A stretch of 64,000 bases of DNA from Chrysomallon squamiferum (GCA_012295275.1 CM022679.1:17236001-17300000), one strand, 5' to 3'; shown: positions 38,226 through 48,156, counted from the stretch's first letter. The notes: a model not told the origin generated them from the letters alone. Translations and numbers: made by a program.

Positions 38226-40126
38226 TAATGAAATAATGTAATTCCCAATAAGTTGTTGTCCTCTAATGATGTCACATCTTTATAGGAAGTCCTGTTTTAG
38301 ACATAATATTAACATTTAATAAAAAAAAAATGTATGAAAGATTATATATGACAAAATAAATAAATGGGTTATATTTCTTTACACTTTTAAATTATTATTT
38401 TATTATTTTATTACAAAACATTTTAACACTTCTGTTTTAACTGTACACAACTCAATATGTGATACCACATATCTGGTCAATTAAAAAGCTTATTCCTCCC
38501 AAAATTAGAAGAATGTTTATATTGCTACTGAACCATCCAGAATGTTCTGATTTGGCACACTTAGTTTTTATTTTTGTGATATCAATTCTACAAACTGTGC
38601 TGCAGAATATAAACTGGTCCTATTACAATAAATTATTATTGTTTCAGTTGACTGTTTTCATTTATTATCATGTCCAAAAGACTAGGAGAAATACAACTTG
38701 GTAGTAACAAATACATTATAAATAGACCCTGCTTTAAAAGAATTGATTTGTATGTGTTATATACAGTTTCATTCTTTATTCTTCAATGGTTTATTTTATA
38801 TTTTAAATAATAATTTAGTCTGTATCTAGATATGTGACAATTTCAGAAATCCAGACCACCTCATTTCCTCAGCTTCTGTGATAACTGATGTTTCTTAAAA
38901 ACACTTTTTGCTATGCTTTATGATGTAAAGACTAAAAGCAACACACTAATAAAACATTTGTAGTAAAATATTTATACTATATCTTTATATGACCTGTTAC
39001 CCTTTAAAGCACACACACATATATAAATATATATATACAAACACACATATATTTCTGCATTTAAACAGGATACTGAATAACCTGTTTTAATCTCTATTAG
39101 CAGATAAGTTCCTTATTTGGAATGAGATATTTCCACTAACCATTGTGGAAGAACAAAAGCAAGGAATATCTTGTACAAGTTCAAAAGAAGGATAAATGAA
39201 TAAGACAATAACATGATTAATCATAAAAGTAATGTGAAATCTAGAGTAATTAAATCGTATTAAAAGGAAAAAAAAGAAAAGCATTAAGCTGTTTAAAAGA
39301 ACCATGGGAACAAATGAGAGAGCGAAGTAAAACAATGGTAGGTAATGATTCTAATTAACAGCTGTGTGTTGCTTTATATGTAATACAAATTTATGTTTCT
39401 TTTCTTTTTTTCTTAAAAGAAAATAAAGTAAATGTATTAATTTCAGCATGGATGTTAAACATATAAATGTATGTTACCTTTGGTTAGGAATAAGAACATG
39501 CTGAAGAACAAAACCAACAAGCAAAAACAAATTTCTTCTTTTTTTAATACTTTTTTTTATATATATAGCTTTTAAGGTATATGTATTTAATAATTTTTCA
39601 AGCAATGAAAAACTTATTTTTACTGTGGTATACCGAGATGTGATTTAAACATCAATCAACGAAAGTGGCAGGTGCGATGACGTCACATCACCTTTTCTTC
39701 TTAGAATCTTACCGTTACCCTTTCAACCATTTGTCTTCATAATCAGTTACGCTAGTAATGATTATACATACTTAAATATTTGCAAAATAAATAAATTAAA
39801 AATACATATATCAAAAACAGTTTAAATTAAAATCGATTTTAATCTGGAAAGCTAAACTCGCCTGAAAAAGTTTGCCATTGGCAATACAATGGAGAATTAT
39901 ACCATTATCGAACAGTTTAGTTAGTATAATTATTACCTATCATCCTACTGAGTTGCCTTACCTTTTCCAGCTTTTCGAAATGTTCTTTTAAAAATGCTAA
40001 CGGGTTCTCTGGTTTATTCACGCATAATTGTACGATACAATCTTTCAACAACTGTTGAATATTGTGCTTATGTACATATGATTCGCATTCTTTCAGGCTT
40101 TGCTCCTCTTCCGAACTGGCAGCCAT
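283..40126 (-). CDS. PRKAR1A: cAMP-dependent protein kinase type I regulatory subunit (PKA-RI), complete 11-exon CDS, 372 aa
   Basis: Exons 40126-39962, 13320-13165, 7023-6932, 6138-6077, 5321-5275, 4601-4503, 3117-3058, 2676-2616, 1806-1685, 998-917 and 455-283 all have GT-AG boundaries and continuous phase, totalling 1119 nt. Translation gives the RI D/D domain ([22 protein letters not shown]), the pseudosubstrate RRGAVSAE, the phosphate-binding cassettes [16 protein letters not shown] and [16 protein letters not shown], and the C-terminus YNSFVSLSV*. Confidence 0.97.
917..998 (-). CDS. PRKAR1A: PKA-RI exon 10 ([28 protein letters not shown])
   Basis: AG/GT boundaries, phase 0 to 1, CNB-B sequence. 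Confidence 0.95.
1685..1806 (-). CDS. PRKAR1A: PKA-RI exon 9 ([40 protein letters not shown])
   Basis: AG/GT boundaries, phase 1 to 0, start of CNB-B. Confidence 0.95.
2616..2676 (-). CDS. PRKAR1A: PKA-RI exon 8 ([20 protein letters not shown])
   Basis: AG/GTAAG boundaries, conserved B/C helix. Confidence 0.95.
3058..3117 (-). CDS. PRKAR1A: PKA-RI exon 7 ([20 protein letters not shown])
   Basis: AG/GT boundaries, phase 0 to 0, conserved RI motif. Confidence 0.95.
4503..4601 (-). CDS. PRKAR1A: PKA-RI exon 6 ([33 protein letters not shown])
   Basis: CNB-A phosphate-binding cassette, AG/GT boundaries. Confidence 0.96.
5275..5321 (-). CDS. PRKAR1A: PKA-RI exon 5 ([15 protein letters not shown])
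   Basis: CAG/GTAAGT boundaries, phase 1 to 0. Confidence 0.95.
6077..6138 (-). CDS. PRKAR1A: PKA-RI exon 4 ([21 protein letters not shown])
   Basis: CAG/GTAAG boundaries, phase 2 to 1. Confidence 0.95.
6932..7023 (-). CDS. PRKAR1A: PKA-RI exon 3 ([30 protein letters not shown])
   Basis: CAG/GTAAGT boundaries, conserved RI sequence. Confidence 0.95.
8777..9200. mobile_element. Probable truncated DNA-transposon end with repeated subterminal motif
   Basis: GGGGTAATTCTGGCCCC occurs at ~8787 and again at ~9156, and the first copy follows a TA. No matching inverted end was found. Confidence 0.35.
11239..11244 (-). CDS. PRKAR1A: Candidate 6-nt in-frame microexon (Asp-Lys) of PKA-RI
   Basis: Minus strand reads tttcaactttccattttacag|GATAAG|gtaaga; phase 0 to 0, between exons 2 and 3. 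Confidence 0.65.
13165..13320 (-). CDS. PRKAR1A: PKA-RI exon 2, linker and inhibitor site ([11 protein letters not shown]...[24 protein letters not shown])
   Basis: The RRGAV pseudosubstrate (Ala at the P site) defines type I; CAG/GTAAGC boundaries, phase 0 to 0. Confidence 0.96.
14773..14982. mobile_element. Tc1/mariner-derived MITE (~210 bp)
   Basis: ~32-bp imperfect TIRs (CAGGATGGCCCAAAAGTAGGTTTACAGTTATT and its near reverse complement), flanked by TA. The internal minus strand encodes [20 protein letters not shown], resembling a mariner-type transposase C-terminus. Confidence 0.8.
18430..18447 (-). CDS. PRKAR1A: Candidate alternative first coding exon of PKA-RI (MTASPK)
   Basis: gacATG ACT GCA TCA CCA AAG|gtaagg; phase 0 matches exon 2; in-frame stop upstream. 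Confidence 0.5.
21405..23994 (+). repeat. Local segmental duplication (copy 1 21405-22414 carrying the MITE; copy 2 23501-23994 with ~240 bp extra sequence)
   Basis: Near-identical direct copies of ...GACAGCAATAATGCCAGAAA...TTTTAAATAGCAAAAACATGATGACTGATGTTTG...TTAACAAATACTTCACAGTATTTAAAT... Confidence 0.9.
21492..22232. mobile_element. Non-autonomous TIR DNA transposon (741 bp, ~140-bp TIRs, 4-bp TSD TTAG), possibly Sola2-like
   Basis: Termini GGGTCATTCCGTGTCAAATCACCC and GGGTGATTTGACACGGAATGACCC; inverted identity continues for ~140 bp; TTAG on both sides; empty site in the paralogous copy at ~23575. Confidence 0.9.
26608..26610 (-). CDS. PRKAR1A: Candidate alternative first exon of PKA-RI contributing only the ATG
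   Basis: ttcATG|gtaagta is a consensus donor, phase 0; in-frame TGA 7 codons upstream. Confidence 0.5.
27870..28450 (+). mobile_element. Possible decayed 3' fragment of a CR1/L2-type LINE ORF2
   Basis: Interrupted plus-strand frames include [18 protein letters not shown] and a GHDL-like motif, resembling the C-terminal region of CR1/L2 ORF2; multiple stops and frameshifts. Confidence 0.35.
29972..30152 (+). other. Exon-like open segment antisense to PKA-RI intron 1
   Basis: Strong polypyrimidine plus CAG acceptor, ATG at 29981, 57 open codons ([57 protein letters not shown]), and a G|gtaaga donor. No partner exons identified. Confidence 0.35.
33280..33786 (-). CDS. PRKAR1A: Alternative N-terminal exon of PKA-RI (169 aa, MGNKLRKLR..., acidic low-complexity)
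   Basis: Longest ORF in the window, with a protein-like E/K/D/S/T composition, on the PKA-RI strand, ending ...KNSKM|gtattt in phase 0 compatible with exon 2. Confidence 0.75.
39678..39685. promoter_or_regulatory. Full palindromic CRE (TGACGTCA) near the start of PKA-RI intron 1
   Basis: Exact CREB/ATF consensus. Further exact copies lie at 35829-35836 and 41700-41707. Confidence 0.55.
39962..40126 (-). CDS. PRKAR1A: PKA-RI canonical first coding exon, dimerization/docking domain (55 aa)
   Basis: aacATGG start; [55 protein letters not shown]|gtaagg. A probable acceptor at 40155 implies an upstream non-coding exon. Confidence 0.96.
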
Positions 40127-40542
40127 GTTGGTGTTGTTGATAGGATGTCTCAAACTGTTTATATAAAAAGGGTTTTCATTAGTTCAGGTATGGTAATGAC
40201 CCGGAAACCAGCCAATAGAAATTGTTGTAGTAATATTTTCTACTCCGGTCTATTTTGTTGTCGACAGATCTTTAATTTCATGTACAGTTGCGCTATAATA
40301 AGTTCTATAATTTTTTTAAAGTTAAAACGGTAGTGCATTAAAGCTTAATAACTTTAGTATCATAAAATTAGTTTATTACTTAAAAAAATATAAAAGATAC
40401 TTAGAGAACTCTGCAAAGCGAAAAATCACTCGACACACAGTAAACTGTAAAGTTACATGTCATCTGTGATTTGAACATAGTACATACTAAACAAGACATT
40501 TTAGCACACTGAATTTTTTCTTTAATTTAGATTTAGTTTTAA

Positions 40543-40544
<2 letters not shown>

Positions 40545-40600
<56 letters not shown>
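40545..40600. repeat. (ATT)n microsatellite
   Basis: About 18 perfect TTA units. Confidence 0.95.
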
Positions 40601-41657
40601 TTAAATAAAGTATCCCAAGTGTATAAACGTGGTGTTTTTAACGTGTTCGTCTTAATCATATAGACCGTTATTGAGGTGATGGCTTCTTTTCGGTCAGTCT
40701 TTGGTAATCGGTAAAATACTAACATCAGTATTTTATAAATAAGGTTTTATTTTTATTTTTATTTGTTTTAATTATTTTTTCTTTGTTTAAATAGTATAGT
40801 ACTAAACTATATATAGCCATCATTATTCACCTGATGGAAAATGATTTTGAATAATTTATAAAACACTTGTTTGTACAAATATTAATGTTAGCCAATCATA
40901 GCAACTACAACAACATGTAAATAAATAAAACTGATATCAAAATCAAGCAAGTTTGGTTACTTTTTATTTATTTGTTTATTTAATTTGTATTTATTGTAAT
41001 TTTATTTGTAAATTTTTGTGTCTAGGTTTCCTTACTGTAGATGTTAACTTTAACTGTACTATGTAATTTTCTTAGTGAAAAAACAACAAACAAAAACAAC
41101 AACAACAAACAAACAAGAACCAAAACTATACCAAAAGATGAGAGAATTTATAGAAACGGAAATAGACTATCAACGGTTAAGAGAGCGTGACGCTTGTGAA
41201 AAATATTGTAGCTTTACGTCAGACTAATTAACTCATTTTACTGACTAAATTATTATTTGTATAACCATAATTATTAATAGTTAAGAAAGAAGAAAAAAAA
41301 GCAGCGAAAATATTAAAATAAGGACTAATTTATTTAAGGATCTAACCGCCTCGGTATTTTTATACAAATCATTTTTAGCTACTATTTAGTTGTAGAAAGC
41401 GTAACTATTTTGAATATTTGAATGTTTACGTCACATACTGATTAATTTAATGCGTGAAAAATAGTTCTGCACATTTCGTAATCTCTATTGTTTAGTGATT
41501 TTAAAAACATAAAATACCGAGACGGTTAGATACAAAAATAAAGAGACAGGTTAAAGCTTAATGTGGATACAGTGAGGTTTAATACGAAAACATTTCGAAG
41601 AGTAAAACAACTATGTTGTGACGACACTTTATATATATATATATACACAAGCGTGCT

Positions 41658-41710
41658 TGACGTCCGCCTTTGCTGGGTATATAAACCACGCCAAAGAAAT
41701 GACGTCAGTT
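41658..41710 (+). promoter_or_regulatory. TATA box + initiator core promoter with overlapping CREs
   Basis: TATATAAA at 41678-41685; TCAGTT Inr at 41705-41710 (A at 41707, ~29 nt spacing); TGACGTCC at 41658; TGACGTCA at 41700; downstream donor CTG|gtaagt at 41892/41893. Confidence 0.7.
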
Positions 41711-43263
41711 TCAAGAAACCGGGTGTGGTCCTCTATATCCTTTATACGTCAACATTTTGAACATGTTTTGGAATATGAGAGATGCTTTACTATTGAACGT
41801 GAGGCTTAGACAGGCGTTTATTATACCTCATCGCTCCTACAAAGCTTGAAAAGCCGCTCTTTACTGTGAATGCAACAGGAATGGATCACCTGGTAAGTGA
41901 CGACACCCGCACTTAAAGAATGGATAAAGCGGAACTTATTACTTGAAAAATGAGGTTTAGGGGACCGTTTACCAAAGGTACAGAAATTAAAATGATAAAT
42001 TAAAATAAGTAAACTACGGCAATGAAATTTCAATGGATGAATGAATAATATGAAATAAGTAAAGCATAAACAAACAGAAATAAAATTTAAGTAATTTAAG
42101 TAAACATAATAAATAAATAAATAAATGTATAAGAGTGTATTTTAAAAATAAAATTTAAAATCAACTTTTTTCACGCATTTATATTATATTAAATAGAAAA
42201 ATCAAAGCACACACTAGCACAGCAGTTATATTAACATATAACAGCCATATATATGAATTCAGTTGCGTTAAATTAAACAGTATGTGACATAAACATACAA
42301 ATATTCAAAATAGTTACCCTTTCTATAAATAAATAGTAGCTATAAACTTATAAATAAGTCAGTAAAATATAGATATCAATAACTATAATTTAAAAAAGAC
42401 AACAAATAAACAACAAACAAAAACACACACACCAATATATAAATAAATAAATCAAAATAAAATTAAAATAGGTAATAAGTAATAACAGAGCAAAATTAGC
42501 AGTTATATAACTAACTAAATAAATGGTATAAACAGAATATAAATAAGTAAAAGTAAAATAAAAATCACAAAAATACCTCTGATAAAAGAAACAAAATGAT
42601 AGACCTGTCTTAGAAAAAAAATAAAAAATGTCAGAAATAGTTAATATCCTTACATTTATGACCAATACTGATTATTATTATTGTTGTTGTTGTTGTTTTA
42701 AACGTTGCCTGTACCAGCAAGATAAACTGAGTTGTATCCCTTTAATTTATAATACTAATCTTCATATAGGTCTTATTGTCTTGCGTTTTGTATCTTGATG
42801 GGGTTGTTGTTTCGTTTGTTTGTTTGTTTGTTCTTTTTGTTCTTTTTCTTCTGGTATCTGCAGACTGTTTCAGATAAATTGTTAGGTTTTCTCTATAGAT
42901 TAGCTAAGTATAATTTTGTGTTGTGTTTTCTTTATTCGCTCTCTTATACACAGAAATGAGAATGTGAAGTAATGTAACGATATTTAACATTTGAAATTCT
43001 TTATTTACACAATGAAAATATTTATAACGTATATAAAATGGAACGTTTTCTTTTATTAGCAACAGCTTTAAAGTAATTTTATGCTAGTATCATAATTTAT
43101 TGTTAATATCAGGATTTGTTCATTTCATTTATGTTTATTAAAGAAAAAATATATTACACATAATTTTTGTGTTGGTAGCAATGCTTACCGATCATAAAGA
43201 AAGTCAAACCGTATAATTAATATAATTATATATATAACGATAACGTTCCTTTCGCTGACGTAG

Positions 43264-43300
<37 letters not shown>

Positions 43301-43844
43301 ACAAATGATAATACTGACATCGATGAATGGAATAGTAACCACCATATTAAAAATATCGTTATTAGAATGAGTTTTATTAAAATCCTAATTCAGAAGTGTT
43401 TATGTTCATTTAATATTACGGGCTTATGACTGTTTTTGCCGCGCATCTATATGCTAACTGTTTTAGCTCGGGCAGTGTAAAATGAATTAAAAATCATCTT
43501 TACGGTACTGTAGTAGTTTGATTGACGGTTCCATTTCTAAAACAAATAAATAAATAATAGTATACAGTTTCATATTAGATGGAGATTTGATGTTTTTGTT
43601 ATGACTTTTTAATGCTGTTTATTTAGTATTTTTTCAAGATGTCTCCCGGCAAGTGTATTTTTATTTTAATGCTGATACTTTTTAATGAATTTGAGGAACC
43701 TATCGCCGTTTTAATTTTTATTCTGAATACTTATTACTAATACTGCTTTCTTTCCATTTGTCGTCATAGTTGCTGCTATCTTTCTATGACGTAATAACGA
43801 TATATTATTGGTTACATAGGACATCTCACCATCTGTGCTTAGCA

Positions 43845-44933
43845 ATGTTGCACAAAATAATATTATTAATCACATGCGTCGCCTTTATAGTGATTTCTAT
43901 TTCCGGAGGGTTACTGGTTCATAATCCATGGTAAATATACTGTAAAATTAGAATTCTAAATATAATCTTCGGCGTCGTGTGTAATTCATTGAACTTTTTT
44001 TCTGCCAAAGGCTTTTGAAATAAGGTGTCATCAACCATAAAGACTAGTATTGTCCTATTGAAAATGTAACACTAATTATATATCAGTTTGAATGTGTAGA
44101 GGAAGAAAAAATAAATGAAAAATGTTTGAACGTTAGAGATTTGAAATTTGTATGTATTATACTATTGTATTTATTTACATATTTAGCAGTAGTCATATAT
44201 TTATGTTAATAAAAATATTTGTACCATTTTTTTTTTATATAAACAGAGAAATTTTTTTTATATCTTCTTCTTATTATTATTTATTGATTTTGTTTACTAA
44301 TATCGAAGCAGTATAATGTATTATCACATTTTTAATCGTGTGTGTATAACGTTGTTTCTTTTTCTTTTGTCTTATTACTAGTAATTTATTTATTTACTGT
44401 AGGGTATGTCACGATGACAAGCCTGAACTCGAACCGACGGAAATAAGGAAAATATATAATACAGGTTAGCTTTTAATTAATCTTATTTTTACTTCTTTAT
44501 ATTTTTAACAGTGCTTCATTTTCGTTTTTCTCCGTGTATTATATACATAGCAAATAAGATGTACACATCAGTTCTTTTTTTATCAATGATTATCTTTTTT
44601 TTCTTCTTTAAATCTATAAAATATTTAATTTATTAACAATGTACCTTTTATACTTTTTTCCTCAGAATTTTTTATTGAAGCGTTCAGAAAAGAACCGGCT
44701 GTGATTATAATTTTTTTGTTTTTGGGTACGTTTTTGATGTTAATTGTCGTTATACTTATTTTGTTTGCCGTGTTCCTTCCTTCTTATATATTTATTTCTG
44801 CATTCAGAAATTTTAATAATTGTAAACGATTTTGGTTTCATCGTCAATTAAATCAAATAGGAGAAATACATTTTTATGCGGTAAAAAATAAAATAAATTA
44901 CTTGTAATAAAAGGGTTCTGTTAAGTATCAATG

Positions 44934-44972
<39 letters not shown>

Positions 44973-44996
44973 TTATTACAGACGTTATTTTTATAA
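43845..44996 (+). CDS. Uncharacterised ~125-aa protein with signal peptide and one transmembrane segment (exons 43845-43930, 44403-44464, 44666-44880, then 44982-44996 or 45300-45323)
   Basis: GT-AG introns with consistent phases (2, 1, 0) give MLHKIILLITCVAFIVISISGGLLVHNPW-VCHDDKPELEPTEIRKIYNT-EFFIEAFRKEPAVIIIFLFLGTFLMLIVVILILFAVFLPSYIFISAFRNFNNCKRFWFHRQLNQIGEIHFYA-(TLFL* or VELLDIY*). No family recognised. Confidence 0.55.
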
Positions 44997-47900
44997 TTAA
45001 TGGCGGTTGTTTTCGTAACTATATGTGACAGATTTGTGAATGTTAAAATATACATTCATTCTTGGCCTATAGTCGTACCATACGAGTCCTAGCTACAATC
45101 CATAAGTGGATTGTAGTAAAAATTAATATAATTTAAAGCTGCTTAAAAAATTAAAATATTCATAGGAAATAATTTTAAAAAAAAAACAAAAAAAACAATT
45201 GTATTATCTCCTAAGACATTTTTGTAAAAATTAATTTTACTAGGTATTTTATTTAATGTAGCACATTTAATACTATTATAAATATTATTTTATTTGTAGG
45301 TGGAGTTATTGGACATCTACTAGCTAGGTTGTACATTTTACAAGAAAAATTTGAAGCATTACATCAGATGCAGAAAATAGAATGATCAACAGTGGCAAAT
45401 TATATGAATTTTATAGCGAGAGACTAACAATATGTCATATCATTTAAACTGAGTGATTTCAACATGTTTAGAAGTCCACCTGACAAAGCTAATTTGTTTT
45501 TTAATGTCAGGTTTTATTCTATTTAATTTTATTTTTGTACACTTGATTATTTTCAAAGAAATACCAAATATTTCAACATACCATTGAAATAATACATTCT
45601 AAAAATAAAAAATAAATTGAAATATATATTGTACTTATTAGCAAATAAAGTTTTAATCTGATTGTAGTAGTTGTCTTTTGGCATTGACAATGTTTGATTA
45701 ATCATGGTAAAGAAACAAATGAATGCTAGATTTTAAGATATAGATACAGATTAATAATCCATTAATCAAAATGTTTGTGTCTGGAAGCATTGCAGAATTT
45801 AAGAATAAGATCAAAGAGTAAACATGGGACCAGGTTATATTTTTCATACAGTTTAAACAGACTAAAGATATTTGAAAATATTTTTTTAAAGATAATTTTG
45901 TGTTAAAATAAAGTTTTTAAAACTTTAAACCGTTATACAAATTGTAAAATATAGGTCTCAGAAGTTTGACAAAATGTTTACAGATTTGGGAGTTTTTGGA
46001 TTTTGAAATTTCAGATAAGGAATCTTCATCTTTTACAACACAAAACAAATTCCAATAATGAGGTATGTAGACTCATGGGGTTAACCAAAATCATAATTAT
46101 AAAATTATTTTCATAACGGTTTCTATTGCTTTGTTTTTTTTTGTTTTTTTAATGTTATGGTCCGTAAAACCAAGAAGATCCGTTAGTTTTTTTGAAATGA
46201 TAATTGTCACTTTATGAACTTTTCAGTTACTGAGCTCAATTCTTTGTGGCGATCCTGACTCCCACTTCACCAATTAAAACAGTATTTTTGCTGCATTTCA
46301 TTGTTATTCACTGACATTCCATATTTTAAAAAATCAGTATGCTTCTAAATTGTTTTTCTTTACTTTTTATTTATATATGTATCTTTTTTGGATTTTGCCT
46401 TTAATGGTAGCCTGCATGAGATATTTGTCAGTTGTGTGTATAATGTCTTATGAAAGCCAAAGTAGTAAAATTACATTTAAATGGATGTCTTTTTAATGGC
46501 CTCCTTTTGTTAATGAATAGGAGACTGAAATGCTGTAAATACATTGGCAAAGACAAGCAGACAGCTTTTTCCACCGAGTCATATTGTCATTTGCTGAAAT
46601 TACTACTTGAACTGCAGTCTATATAACAAGCCATGCTTCAGATTACTGTATTTTAACTTGGCAGGACTACTGTCAGTGCTGAAAGGCTGGTTTATGAAAA
46701 GTCCTTTGCAACTACTAAAAAAAACCCAGTTTGGTCCTTTATAATATTTATGAGGCCGTATAACTGAGAGTCTTGTTAAATATTCCTTTTTCTGTAAGTT
46801 ACAGATTTAGTATATATCATTTTCTTCAATAGGAAATTTTGATTATTAGTTTTTATTGGGTTGATGTCAGACATACTTGGTCATTTTACAGTGATGACAA
46901 GAATCCTCCTTAAGTATTTGCTTGTAGTATATCCAATGACAGAACAAAGATTAATTTCTGGGTCCATCTAGGTGAACATTTTCCTCAGTGATTCACGTTT
47001 TGAAATTTCCAAATTCCAGTATTTTATTACTGAGATGCTTTGGTTGTCTTCCTTAATACTGTGTTTAATTCATTCTTTCTCACTCTGAAGACAAAAGCAT
47101 GTCCAGGTTACTTGCAAAAAAAACCTGCAGGCAGTTTACAGTCATTGTGGTAATATTCTTACACTGCTGTTCTACTAATTACAAACACTGAGGTAAAATC
47201 CCACACATTCAGATTATAATAAATTTTTAAAATTACAGTAACAATTTCTGCCGGATCAGTATTAATCATTTTTAATTAGACATTGTTGTCTGTGAATTTT
47301 ATTATTATTATTTTTGATAAACCTAAGCCCTATTTTTAATAAATGAAAGTAATATTAAAAATATCCCTATTCATACACATGTGCACATACACATTTTAGA
47401 AGCTAGAAAATGCTATCTTCAAATTAATATAATGTATTAAAATTTCACTTTTATTTCAATTTATTATTTTAAAACGGAAACCAACCAACACACACACTAT
47501 TTAAATAAGTACTGATGCAGAATTGTAATTTTTACCTTGCAACATGTAATGACTGTAAAAAGCCTGCTTTGGTTGAAAAAAGAAAGACACCTGTTCATGC
47601 ACATAATCAACATCATGCAAGATCACATTCAGTCACGTGGTCTATTAAAATTAATCAATGTTAAAGGAGACTGCAAATAATTTGTAAGTTAATTTTGAAA
47701 AGCATTTTTCAGTTATAGCTTTGAAATGAATATTCTATTATAAAATGTGCTCTTTTCTTGTATGTCACCTGAAAATTAATAATGATTTACACATCTGAAA
47801 ATTAAAATTTACTCGATTTTGTTCAAACCAGAATATTTTACGGAATTTTTGTATCCTGGTTTGGACAAAAGCATGGCTATAGTAATAGATATTAAATTTG

Positions 47901-48156
47901 TAGTCTCCATCATTATTAAGCCTTTTCATGCATGGTACAATTATAACTGCTGAAATGCAGAAGTGTTACAAGATTAAGAACTCAATGCAGGTTAGTGTTG
48001 TCATGTTAATGACCTTGGGTCAGATGTGACCAAGAAGACATGCACAATCATTGATTATCCTTTCCATCATGCTTGCAGCAGGCTTCAGTTTATATATTTG
48101 AAGTTAAAAAGACCCCATAAAATACTAAATTGTATTAATACTACTCTAAACAACAA

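Noticed and set aside
41763-41892. In-frame TGA (…YKA*KAALYCEC…) as selenocysteine or an antizyme-type frameshift
   Set aside because: No selenoprotein or antizyme motif (CxxU, UCC-UGA), no SECIS recognised, and no consistent downstream exon.
41717-41965. SRP RNA-like start (CCGGGTGTGGT) or telomerase template (TTAGGG)
   Set aside because: The similarity is limited to a few bases, with none of the remaining conserved structure.
42770-42959. Hydrophobic ORFs such as MGLLFRLFVCLFFLFFFW… as a signal peptide
   Set aside because: Derived from a (GTTT)n/polypyrimidine tract and could not be joined in frame to downstream exons.
43757-43856. Hairpin - ANANNA - hairpin - ACA pattern resembling an H/ACA snoRNA (similar weak patterns at 41895-41995 and 45000-45100)
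   Set aside because: H and ACA boxes are trivially common in AT-rich DNA, no rRNA target could be assigned, the region overlaps the predicted coding start, and the first hairpin is explained by two inverted half-CREs.
43915-44150. LRR C-terminal cap pseudogene (NPW…C…CHQP) or a 63-nt exon FECVEEEKINEKCLNVRDLKF
   Set aside because: No upstream LRR repeats, stops in all frames, and the 63-nt segment is out of phase with the flanking exons.
46400-47200. Possible decayed TE coding sequence
   Set aside because: The composition hints at it, but no recognisable domain motif or termini were found.
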